A stretch of DNA of 63,211 nucleotides, counting the filler, from Octopus bimaculoides (lineage: Eukaryota), in NCBI RefSeq assembly GCF_001194135.2. It is 5 parts of 4 records of this genome, joined end to end, with 100 filler letters (N's around TTAATTAATTAA, not from the genome) between each part and the next. Parts side by side here need not be neighbours in the genome. Positions count along the whole stretch, not along the records: positions 45,098 to 59,518 come from NC_068991.1; positions 59,619 to 63,211 come from NC_068982.1; 3 more parts are not named here. One strand, written 5' to 3'. Shown piece by piece: positions 48,569-60,953 of the stretch (positions are counted from its first letter, which is position 1; every line of letters begins with the position of its first letter). The notes below the pieces were generated by a model. It ran no database searches. It saw only the letters and a list, made by a program, of their open reading frames with translations, and was not told the DNA's origin. The translations under genes were made by a program, and so were the position numbers.

Positions 48569-51085
48569 TGTTGAATGAGTTTCGAGAAGTATACAAATGT
48601 TTATATATATTCATGTGTACGTTATACGCATGAGTACAATATACATACATACATACACACACACACACATATATATATGTATATATGTATATAATTATAT
48701 ATATATATATATAATATATATATATATAATATTGAATATGCCCACGAGTGTATATGCTTAAATGTGTCTTCGTGTAAGAATATGTATGAATGTATGTTTA
48801 AGAATATGGAATGCTTAAGAACAAATTTTTTCACATACACGCATATATGTATATAGACATTTATATATATATATATATATNNNNNNNNNNNNNNNNNNNN
48901 NNNNNNNNNNNNNNNNNNNNNNNNNNNNNNNNNNNNNNNNNNNNNNNNNNNNNNNNNNNNNNNNNNNNNNNNNNNNNNNNNNNNNNNNNNNNNNNNNNNN
49001 NNNNNNNNNNNNNNNNNNNNNNNNNNNNNNNNNNNNNNNNNNNNNNNNNNNNNNNNNNNNNNNNNNNNNNNNNNNNNNNNNNNNNNNNNNNNNNNNNNNN
49101 NNNNNNNNNNNNNNNNNNNNNNNNNNNNNNNNNNNNNNNNNNNNNNNNNNNNNNNNNNNNNNNNNNNNNNNNNNNNNNNNNNNNNNNNNNNNNNNNNNNN
49201 NNNNNNNNNNNNNNNNNNNNNNNNNNNNNNNNNNNNNNNNNNNNNNNNNNNNNNNNNNNNNNNNNNNNNNNNNNNNNNNNNNNNNNNNNNNNNNNNNNNN
49301 NNNNNNNNNNNNNNNNNNNNNNNNNNNNNNNNNNNNNNNNNNNNNNNNNNNNNNNNNNNNNNNNNNNNNNNNNNNNNNNNNNNNNNNNNNNNNNNNNNNN
49401 NNNNNNNNNNNNNNNNNNNNNNNNNNNNNNNNNNNNNNNNNNNNNNNNNNNNNNNNNNNNNNNNNNNNNNNNNNNNNNNNNNNNNNNNNNNNNNNNNNNN
49501 NNNNNNNNNNNNNNNNNNNNNNNNNNNNNNNNNNNNNNNNNNNNNNNNNNNNNNNNNNNNNNNNNNNNNNNNNNNNNNNNNNNNNNNNNNNNNNNNNNNN
49601 NNNNNNNNNNNNNNNNNNNNNNNNNNNNNNNNNNNNNNNNNNNNNNNNNNNNNNNNNNNNNNNNNNNNNNNNNNNNNNNNNNNNNNNNNNNNNNNNNNNN
49701 NNTATGTACGTATGTTTACGTTATAAAAATTTAGAAACTTGTGGAAACGTGAAATACTTCATTTCTATCGGTAGAACTCGAAGTAAATAAAATTATAAAT
49801 AATAACAGCGTGTAATTATGAGGTTAAAATACTATTTGGATAGAAAAAGTTGAAGACTTGCACACACACACACACACACATACACACACACACACACACA
49901 CATACATTTATCTATTTATTTATACATACATACATACATACATACATACATGCATACATACATACATGCATAAATATGTATCGTTGTTAATGTTTGCGCG
50001 TGCACGTGTTGTTTTGTAGGATGTCGACTCGGCCAAGTGATTTTCCAAGCCTGAGGTCCCGCGGTTCGATCTACTGGCCAGAAGTGATGGGCAAGCATTG
50101 TACATAAAATTGGATAGACGGAAAATGGGAACCTGTTACACGGATTGTAACTGTAACTTGTCACACTCACTGCTTTCATTTAAGAGAATTTCATTTAAGC
50201 TGCACGTGTTTTGGGGACACTTTGTTACTTATATGCTTCTTCAGTGAATATGTAGTTTAGTTGATCGAACAACTGGGATCAATTTATTTGCTTTGTGGAT
50301 GCAGCCGAAATTGCAAAGATAATCTGGATCTCGACTGAAGAGAGAAAACTCCGAATGACATGTCCGTGTTTTCTTTGTAGCGTCTATCTGTATGTTTTGT
50401 CCCTTTCCTGTATCACCTAACCGTCTGGATGTTTTGCGTTCTTGTCCCATTCCGTATTATNNNNNNNNNNNNNNNNNNNNNNNNNNNNNNNNNNNNNNNN
50501 NNNNNNNNNNNNNNNNNNNNNNNNNNNNNNNNNNNNNNNNNNNNNNNNNNNNNNNNNNNNNNNNNNNNNNNNNNNNNNNNNNNNNNNNNNNNNNNNNNNN
50601 NNNNNNNNNNNNNNNNNNNNNNNNNNNNNNNNNNNNNNNNNNNNNNNNNNNNNNNNNNNNNNNNNNNNNNNNNNNNNNNNNNNNNNNNNNNNNNNNNNNN
50701 NNNNNNNNNNNNNNNNNNNNNNNNNNNNNNNNNNNNNNNNNNNNNNNNNNNNNNNNNNNNNNNNNNNNNNNNNNNNNNNNNNNNNNNNNNNNNNNNNNNN
50801 NNNNNNNNNNNNNNNNNNNNNNNNNNNNNNNNNNNNNNNNNNNNNNNNNNNNNNNNNNNNNNNNNNNNNNNNNNNNNNNNNNNNNNNNNNNNNNNNNNNN
50901 NNNNNNNNNNNNNNNNNNNNNNNNNNNNNNNNNNNNNNNNNNNNNNNNNNNNNNNNNNNNNNNNNNNNNNNNNNNNNNNNNNNNNNNNNNNNNNNNNNNN
51001 NNNNNNNNNNNNNNNNNNNNNNNNNNNNNNNNNNNNNNNNNNNNNNNNNNNNNNNNNNNNNNNNNNNNNNNNNNNNNNNNNNNNN

Positions 51086-51116
<31 letters not shown>

Positions 51117-51149
51117 TATCGAAAGAGAGAGAGAAAGAGAGAGAGCGAA

Positions 51150-51180
<31 letters not shown>

Positions 51181-51186
51181 TAGATG

Positions 51187-51231
<45 letters not shown>

Positions 51232-51384
51232 ATGGATGGATAGATGGTTAGACAGACTGATAGACATACATACATTATATACAGATGTATTGCGTGTGCA
51301 AGCACCATTTATATATGGTCGCTCGATCTGCTGGTATACACACACACGCATACATATTTGGAGAAGCATAAATACATGTATGTA

Positions 51385-51445
<61 letters not shown>

Positions 51446-51571
51446 CGTCGATCATTAACCACACAGGAAATTTAAAGTGTTCTTGCTTTCGCTCCAGCTA
51501 GCTGGTATGCTGGCACTGGAAGTGATCAGTTGAAATTCCTGCTTAATGTCTTCCCAGTCCTATTACAGCTG

Positions 51572-51917
51572 TGGAGGCGCAATGGCCCAGTGGTTAGGGC
51601 AGCGGACTCGCGGTCATAGGGTCGCGGTTTCGATTCCCAGACCGGGCGCTGTGAGTGTTTATTGAGCGAAAACACCTAAAAGCTTCACGAGGCTCCGGCA
51701 GGGGATGGTGGCGAACCCTGCTGTATTCTTCCACCAAAACTTTCTCTCACTCTTACTTCCTGTTTCTGTTGTGCCTGTAATCCAAAGGGGCTAGCCTTGT
51801 CACACTGTGTCACGCTGAATATCCCCGAGAACTACGTTAAGGGTACACCTGTGTGTGGAGTGCTCAGCCACTAGCACGTTAATTTCACGAGCAGTCTATT
51901 CCGTTGATCGGATCAAC
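51572..51917 (+). mobile_element. Family C SINE, 3'-truncated
   Basis: Same sequence as 14549-14930, stopping at GATCAAC. Confidence 0.9.
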
Positions 51918-52263
51918 AGCTAGTAATTAACTCTTAATGTCCTGTCTTCTTTCGTCGATGAAAGGAGCTGGTATTTGAACTCACAATGCACAGAGCTGAA
52001 ACACATTGCAAAATCTAACTTCTCCGACGCTCTAACTTTCTGTCAATCTACCGCCTTGTGTCGGTATTTTATCTATTGATCTCCAAAGGGTGGAACATGA
52101 ATTAGGACTAGGTGGAATTTGAACTCAGAACACAGACACCCGGGATCAATACCTTCAGTCTTTAATTTGCATAAAAATCAAAATGTATTTTTTCCCCCGA
52201 AAGAACAAAGAAAATTGACCCATTATATGAGTGCAACAATATTTACACATACACTTATATTTA

Positions 52264-52651
52264 TTGTTGTTGTTGGCACTCCGTCGCTTACGACGTCGAG
52301 GGTTCCAGTCGATCCGATCAACGGAACAGCCTGCTCGTGAAATTAACGTGCAAGTGGCTGAGCACTCCACAGACACGTGTACCCTTAACGTAGTTCTCGG
52401 GGTTATTCAGCGTGACACAGTGTGACAAGGCTGACCCTTTGAATTCCAGGCACAACAGAAACAGGAAGTAAGAGTGAGAGAAAGTTGTGGTGAAAGAGTA
52501 CAGCAGGGTTCGTCACCATCCCCTACCGGAGCCTCGTGGAACTTTAGGTGTTTTCGCTCAATAAACACTCACAACGCCCGGTCTGGGAATTGAAACCGCG
52601 ATCCTATGACCGCGAGTCCGCTGCCCTAACCACTGGGCCATTGCGCCTCCA
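52264..52651 (-). mobile_element. Family C SINE, full length
   Basis: Reverse complement of the 14549 sequence including the (CAA)n tail. Confidence 0.9.
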
Positions 52652-53056
52652 CTCATACATACATACATACAGGTGCAAAAAGATTAGGTAGTATATTTGT
52701 TTTTACCTTCTACCTATTTTCTGCCATTTTATCTTAGCTTTTGCTGTAGTTTGCTGCCACTGATGATAAAGGTGATGGTGCTGATGATGATGTTGGTGAT
52801 GGTGATTATGATGACGACGACGATGGTACTAGTTGTGATGGCTGCTCTGCCTGTGGTGATGAGTGCGGTGCTGGTGGTTGTGATGGTTGCCGTAGTTGTG
52901 GAGTGGTAATGACGGTTCTGGTGATGGTCGTGTTGATATTTGTTGTGGTTGTGGTTGCAGTTATAGTAGGGATAGTGGGGCAAATCAATCGAAGCAACCG
53001 CAGAGAGTCACCTTTGTCTCATTCAGCAAGTTTTACAAAAGGAATGGATTAAATAA

Positions 53057-55246
53057 CACTGGTCAACAAAATGAAACTTTTTTAATCATCAGAATTGCTG
53101 ATTGACTTTTCTGGGTTAATTTTTGATGCTGATTACGAATCTGAAGTCCGATTTCCTCTATCAGGTCACATTTTAACTTATAGGATGCGTAAAGCATGTC
53201 TATATAAAGTATATTGAATACAAGATACGATAATTTCATGGCTTTTTATTGTACAAAATTAAAGATTATTGTGTACAAATAAGTTAGAATACACTCAAAT
53301 GCATAACAACCTAAAATCTCTGGGATCTGGACTTTCTATGGTGTTTTGTCTCAGGTTCATCCCTGTATAACATCCAACAGTAGTCAGCTAACATTCCTGC
53401 ATTCCAAAATCCTTGATATCGTTGTTCCATCGATGCAATATCTTGATGAAAGCGTTCAACTTGCTCATCAGACACTGCTCCAAGGTTCTCTACAAAAAAT
53501 TCCAGATGTGAATCAAGGAAATGGACTTTTAGTGACATCCGACAGCCCATTCCAGCGTAGGAGTCTAGAAGACATTTCACTCCATCTCTAAACTCTAGAG
53601 ATCTCTTGTTGCCAAGGAAATTTTCACAGAGCCATTTGAAGAATTCCCAGGCTTTAAGCTCAATCTCAACCAGTGCTGTGAGGAAGTGGTTGTCCTTTAG
53701 GAGTTCTTTTATCTGCGGACCTATGAATACGCCCTCCTTCAGTTTTGCCTCGCTGATTTTTGGAAATTTGGCCTTCACATATTCAAAACCTTTTGAGCTT
53801 TTCCTGGCAAGTATCTTCACGAATTGTTTCATGAGGCCAAGCTTTATGTGAAGAGGGGGAAGAAGAACAGTTTCTGGGTTTAAAAGTAGCTTAATCTGGA
53901 TGCTAGTAACTCCCGGCTCATATGATTTTTCGCAAAGGTCACTCTGATTGCACATAGTGCTTGTTAGTTGCACGACTGTCTCATAGGCATAAAAAACGAC
54001 AATATTTCGTAAACCCAGATTGCATTCCCATCAATATTCCAATCACTTTCAAGTCTCCACATATTTTCCAGCTGTAGTTTGTATACTTTATGGCATTGAG
54101 AGGAGTACTTGCATGTTTTTATCATACTCCTTCATGTGCACTGAATGTCCTATGGGACTGGATGGTTTCTTATTGCTGTTGTGTAGAACTACTGCCTTGA
54201 GGCTTCTCTTAGAGGAATCAATGAATAAGCGCCATTCAGCTGGAACATGCTCTTGGAACCAACAGCGAAATAACTCATCAGTGTTATTACTGAAACAAAG
54301 TGGTCTATCAACAGAGAAGCATGAAGTCAGACCCTTATTTTTCTTCCTGAAATGAGTAATACAAACATCTTTCTTAAGCAGACACTTTTCTTGTAGGCGA
54401 GATGCTAATCGTTCAGTTTTATCCTTCGACACTGACAAGTCTCTAACTAAATCATTTAACTCTCCTTGAGAAAATTTCTGTGGTACGTCTTCATTTCCAA
54501 TCGTGAAATCTGCATCCACTTCAGTGTCTTCCACATCAGAAGTATTTTCTTCAGGAAATACATCTTCGTCAGACATCTGAAGGCCATTTTCTGGTGGTAT
54601 TGGAATAGGAAGATCATCATCGTTGTGTGGTACTGGTCTCCTTGCTGATTCCATTAACGTTGCAGAAATAACAGTCCATGAAATGATCCTTTGGCTCTCT
54701 CTATATCATAGGTATTGCAAACGGCATTGCTCTCTTCCTCTTGTTTAGCCAATCCCTTGGTCCATTTGAACAAGCTGAGCAGATGATGTGCGGGGCCCAA
54801 CTCTTATCTTGATCCCCAAGAGAGCAGCCACAGTATAACTGGTAGATCTTCATGATTTCACTTGTGATGGCACGTTGCTGAGCTTTAGTGACAAATGAAC
54901 CACAGACATGACAAAATATATCAGTTCTTCTTGACCTCCTGAGTAGAATTTGATGATGATGATGACTTGGCACCTTAAACAGAAAGTAAAATTTATAAAA
55001 AGAAAAGATTATGAAAACATAAAATTACAAAATGAATACAAATAGTTATAAAACAGAAGTCAGAATTTACCTGTATAAGACGTTTACGTGTAGCGATACT
55101 GCTGATGGGAGTTATATACTTCTCTTATCTCATAAGAAAAACTGTGCCTGATAGAAGGAAACCGATTGCATTTTTGAAATCTGCGGACAAAATTACATAC
55201 AAAACACCATATAATATCCCTGATGAAAATTGGCTGTTGACCAGTG
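53057..55246 (-). mobile_element. Full-length, inactivated Chapaev3-type (CMC) DDE DNA transposon
   Basis: 12-bp TIR CACTGGTCAACA (53057-68, 55235-46), TAA on both sides (53054-56, 55247-49); transposase in broken frames: FCHVCG..LGDQDKSWAPHIICSAC, DCYFC, WRLFIDSSKRSLKAV, CGDLKV, LPPLHIKLGLMKQFVK, LGAVSDEQVERFHQDI..MEQRYQG. Superfamily name is from recalled CAC..GTG ends and 3-bp TWA TSD. Confidence 0.85.
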
Positions 55247-56860
55247 TAATAAATAATGCATCATCAGGATTTGAACCCAAAATCTATGAACAAGTTATCC
55301 AGTACCTTTTACGTGCAGTTACCTGAACTCAACGATAGTCACATACATAAACTCATACACACACATATGCACACGAGACATCTCTACGTGATTACCGTAC
55401 TTACCGGAAATAGTAACTAAAATCTCCTTTCAATCACACTCTTACGTCTTATTTATTTAAAAACCTCAGCAGTGGATTTCCAGATGAAGTGAAGCAATCC
55501 TATTGTTCTCTGAAATAATTGTGAATCTATTTATAGATCTGCTTCGAGATAAATTGTCCTTCATTCCTTCATCAGAGACGATATATAATAGCAGCTTATC
55601 AGGAAGTAACATTAACAGCTGTACTGTTTTGTATGTAATGCGTGAGTCAGCCACGAAATAATATACATTGATAACACAGTGTAAATGTAGCAGAAGAATA
55701 GTGGAACATCTTCCCTATAAGTAAATATATATAATGGTATATATTCTTTACGAGTATATTTCCAATAATCTTTCTGTTTACTAAAGAGAACAATAGAGTG
55801 TTTTAACATCACCTGGGTGAGGTTTGCAAATAACTGTTGAGTTATCTACATCACACATGTTTCAGGTCTTTTGAATTATTTATGTATGCATGTATATATG
55901 TTTATGTGTGGTCTTTCTGATGTTTGGTAACAATCAGGCAGAGTACTCAAAACATATGTAGGACTGAGTAGTTGACTTAAACTGGTCCAATGGCCTCTTA
56001 CTCTATGCACTGTAGACACTCACGACTAACAGGCCACAGGACAGGCTTAAATAAATTGCATATATACATATATGTGTGAGTGATAACCGAGTGATAAAGA
56101 AGCTCGTTTCGCAATCTCTTGGTGCCGAATCCGATCGCACAATTTAGTTAGCACCTTGGGCAAGTGTCTTATCATGACTCCTAATCTGTCAAAGACTTGA
56201 GAGGACTTCTAAATAAGAAGACCATCGAAGGCTGTCAAGTTCTTCGGGTGACCGAACTAATGGTATCTGTGTCCATGGAATACTCAAGTGCTTTTACAAA
56301 TAATTCAATATTTACAGTCAAAGCCGACGGAGATCAATATACTTCATTGGAGGTACATGGCTTATTGATTAAAGTGTTGGCCTCATGATTGTAAGACTGT
56401 GGTTTCGATTCTTAGAACTGGCAATGCGTTGTGTTCTTGAACAAAATACTTCATTTCGCATTGCTCCAGTTCATTCATATGGCAAAATGACTAATCCTGC
56501 GACGGACCGACGGACTGCCCAAAGGGGGAGGGAATACATATACCACAGAAACCGGGAAACATTCTTTTTTAGTCTATGTGATACGATGATTGCTTCATCT
56601 TGACTGATGATAGCCGTCCCATCAACACACATACACCACATCCCATCACACATCACAATCCTTCCGTCGATGAGCCTTCAGATGACTTTTAAGACCAGCT
56701 GCTGACTGACAGGGTTTAAAACACAAGTGACAGATATTATTCAAGTTTCTTCTACATCTTTGCTCTTTGGAATTTGATTCTCAAGGAATGCTTTTTTTTT
56801 TTGTGAACTAACATGTCTTTAAGTCAAGATATTGCCTTACAAGTTTTGTGACTATTTATA

Positions 56861-57084
56861 TTATTTACATTTGACGAATATTTGTCCTCGTCTTGTTTGT
56901 TGTTAACACAACGTTTCGGCTGATATACCCTCCAGTCTTCATCAGGTGTCTTGAGGAAATTTCGAATGAGAACCCAGGTTCGAAATTTCCTCAAGACACC
57001 CGATGAAGGCTGGCGGGTATATCAGCCGAAACGTTGAATTAACAACAAACAAGGTGAGGACAAATATCCGTCAAATGTAAATAA
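56861..57084. repeat. 224-bp palindrome of two head-to-head hammerhead-bearing repeat units
   Basis: 106-bp arms (8 mismatches), 12-nt loop 56967-56978; each arm contains the motif seen at 18462. Confidence 0.9.
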
Positions 57085-57273
57085 ACTACATAATTTGTCA
57101 TCTCTTAAATATAGGACAGAAGTTTTGTGACATATGACACAAGCTGTAAGAGGCGGTTGGGTTTCAGGGGCTCATACAGACATACGTACGTACATACATA
57201 CATACATACATACTTACATACATACATACATACATACTTACATGCATACATACATACATACATACATACATAC

Positions 57274-57304
<31 letters not shown>

Positions 57305-58302
57305 CATACTTACATACATACATACGTACGTACGTACATACATACATACTTACATACATACATACATACATACTTACATGCATACATACATACGTACGTA
57401 CGTACATATATATATATATATATATATACATACACACATATATACAACAATACAGAAAATGTAACAGGTATTTTATGCTTTATATAATTTACACGTCTTC
57501 CAATAAGTTGGCTACCGTTATTACGTAAGCTAGCTAGCCCTACTATGCAACAGCAGATGACTCTTTTCCTCAGGATTATCAGCAAAAACACAACATAAAA
57601 AAAAATGCATGCTCATATATACATCAGTATGTAGATTAAGTACCATCTGGTTATTATAATAGAGGTTGAAGGAAGTAAGAGCATGGGATGTGTGAGGAAG
57701 GAGAGTAACAGAGTAAAGATCGGAAGACTAATAAAGCCACACAACCCCACCACACACACACACACTTCTGTGCACCCCTACTCACACACATTCGTATACG
57801 CTCACAACTGAGTCAGTAGATATAGTTCCATTTCCAGCTGTTTCTTCCTCTCTTAAAATAGAGTTCGAGTTTAAAGAAGGTGGGATATAGACAAGTGTAA
57901 ACACATATGAATGTGTATAAACATGCATATATTCCTACATATATAGTATACACATACACACATACTCACACACAAACATACACACATATATATGTATATA
58001 AACGCACATATATTATATAAAATGTATATATTTATATATATANNNNNNNNNNNNNNNNNNNNNNNNNNNNNNNNNNNNNNNNNNNNNNNNNNNNNNNNNN
58101 NNNNNNNNNNNNNNNNNNNNNNNNNNNNNNNNNNNNNNNNNNNNNNNNNNNNNNNNNNNNNNNNNNNNNNNNNNNNNNNNNNNNNNNNNNNNNNNNNNNN
58201 NNNNNNNNNNNNNNNNNNGACACATACATACAGATGTGATGTCCAGGTGTCAATACATTATGGCCGTTTCGAGCGGCTCCATTTAATCGATCAATTTATA
58301 TT

Positions 58303-58411
58303 AATACTAGAAACCAAAATAATTACATTGTTTCCTTATGTTATATTTGTGGCAGATTCGGCCACAAATATAACATAAGGAAACAATGTAATTATTTTGG
58401 TTTCTAGTATT
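58303..58411. repeat. Perfect inverted repeat, 51-bp arms, 7-nt loop
   Basis: AATACTAG...TTTGTGGC-AGATTCG-GCCACAAA...CTAGTATT checked base by base. Confidence 0.95.
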
Positions 58412-59518
58412 TTGGCTTCTAGTAAATCGAATGCATGTTTATTTCTAAATTTATTGAAAAACAACCTGCAATAGGGCAGCGAGCTAACAGAATCGCCGGG
58501 CAATATATTTCTGAGTACCAATTCCGCCGTGGTTGACTTTGCCTTTCATCCCTTCGGGTCGATAAGATAAGTACCAATTGAGCACTGAGGGTTGATGTAA
58601 TATCATTTTATCACTTGCACAAAATTGCTGGCCTTGTACCAAAATTTGAAATTGCATTATACATGTTTTTCAAAACCACCAGTATTTTCTCAAAGAAATC
58701 AGTGTTCATGTGTACACAGACATGCAGCTCTCCCTAACGTTACAAATGCTGACTGCAGAATACAGTTCTTGTCCCATTCATTCCACTCACCTATTTGAGT
58801 CGACTAATCTTCTACGCGCGCGCGTGTGTGCATGTATGTGTGTGTGCGTGTGTGAGTATGTGTACAAATATTTGATTTGAAATTTTGGTACAAGATTTCA
58901 AGGTCAACAAGTCCGGGGAAGTGGGTAAGTCGATTACATCGACCTCAGTGCTCATCTTACTTATAAGTGCTCAGTACTTATTTTATCGACTTCTAAAGGA
59001 CGAAAGCCAAAGTTGACCTCGGCGGAATTTGAAGTCATACAGTTAAGACGGGCGAAACGCCTCGAAGCAATTTTCCCGGCGTGCTTACTGATTTTGCCTG
59101 TGTGTGTACATATATCTGAGCGTGTATGCATGAGCAGTAATCACGGCATATTCAGATGGCATCCAGTCCTCCATGTTTCGCTAACTTTTTCTCAACTCCA
59201 ATTTTAAACTACTGCATATTCTCCAACGCTGTTCACCAATACATCTAGTTGTTGCTGAAAAAGAAAAGGAAACAAAAAAGTTATCAACTATATATATATT
59301 ATAGGCACAGGTGTAGCAAGAAGTTGACTTCTCAACCACATGTTTCCAGGTTCAGTTCCGCTGCAAGGCACCTTGGGCGCGAGTTTTTTCTACTATAACT
59401 CGGACTTACCAAAGCCATGTGAGTGGATGTGGAAGCCGGAAACAGAAAGAAACCCATCGTATATACATATATGTATATATATATGTATATATATAAATAT
59501 ATATATATATATATGCGA

Positions 59519-59618
59519 NNNNNNNNNNNNNNNNNNNNNNNNNNNNNNNNNNNNNNNNNNNNTTAATTAATTAANNNNNNNNNNNNNNNNNNNNNNNNNN
59601 NNNNNNNNNNNNNNNNNN
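59519..59618. other. Artificial scaffold linker
   Basis: 44 N + TTAATTAATTAA + 44 N. Confidence 0.95.
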
Positions 59619-59641
59619 ATATATATATATATATATATATA

Positions 59642-60250
59642 CAGAGGGTGCAGTGAATAAACTGTCGTATAAAGTACGCAAATGTAAAAATAGCACTGAC
59701 ATCTCATTTTAACAGATATATTTACCAAAATTGCATAAAAATATCTTGAAATACTGAAGAGTAAATTTATTCAATAAAATCGCCATTGGCTTCAGCCACA
59801 ACCTCCAGACGAATTCGTAATCTCCTGCAACTCTTCTGGATAATCTCTTAGTTTAAGTTGATGAATGCTGCCATAATTCTTGCCTTCAGTTCATCTTTTG
59901 TTGGTCTCTCACTCAACTGCGACCCACACATAGTAATGAAGGGGGTTGCAGTCTGGGGAGTTAGGTGGTGCTGTTAGGGGTGATGTGATCGCAGAAATTC
60001 TCTGATAGCCATGACTGGGTTCTCCTACTTATGTGGCATGGTGCAGTGTCCTGTTGCCAAACATAGGGTCTTCCAGCAGCCACCCTCTTGACCCAATGCA
60101 GTACTACCACTTCCAGGCACTCGATGTAGGCCTCAGTGTAGAGTGTGAGGTCGTGTGGGGAGATGAATAGAGGCATAATGTCACCATTTCTAGTGATCAC
60201 TCCAAACACAATGATGTTAATAGTGGCTTCAAAGTTTCCACTCACTTCAA
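59642..60250 (-). mobile_element. 3' half of a DD37D (maT-like) transposon
   Basis: TIR CAG(AG)GGTGCAGTGAATAAACTGTC; VFGVITRNGDIMPLFI..GRPYVWQQDTAPCHISRRTQSWLSENFCDHITPN; same family as 25388-26653. Confidence 0.88.
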
Positions 60251-60392
60251 CGCACTGACAAAAGCAAGTAAGGGATACTCCAATTCATGTTTCACTGTTT
60301 TATATATAACTATTCATGAACAAAACATGTACGTATGTATGTATACACACACACACGCACACGCACACGCACACACACACACACGCACACAC

Positions 60393-60470
<78 letters not shown>

Positions 60471-60706
60471 TTATTTATTTATTATGTGTTTCAGCCAAGT
60501 GGCTGCGGTCATGCTGGTGCACCACCGTGATATATATATATATATATATACATACATACCTACCTACATACATAAATAAATACATACATACATACATACA
60601 TACATACATACATACATACATAAGCATGTATATGTGCATATGTATATACAGAGACTACCTTAACCAAGCCTTTCCACAGCGTTAGTTTGGTAGACGGTGC
60701 AGCATC

Positions 60707-60953
60707 GAATGGCCACCACGCTCATCTAACCTGACACCAATGGATTACTTTTTGTGGAGTGTTATAAAGAACAACCTTTATGAGAAGAATCCCAAAACAA
60801 TAAATGAATTGTAAGATTACATTTCTGACGCATTCACTGAAATTGATGGAGATCGGAATTTCTGCCGCACTGTGTCTCAAAGTGTTCTGAAGAAATTTGA
60901 AGAATGTTGCAATGTTGAAGGAGGACATTTTGAGCATCTGATTATAAGATAGA
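60707..60953 (+). mobile_element. C-terminal remnant of another Tc1/mariner transposase
   Basis: EWPPRSSNLTPMDYFLWSVIKNNLYEKNPKTINEL*DYI...CCNVEGGHFEHLI. Confidence 0.8.
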
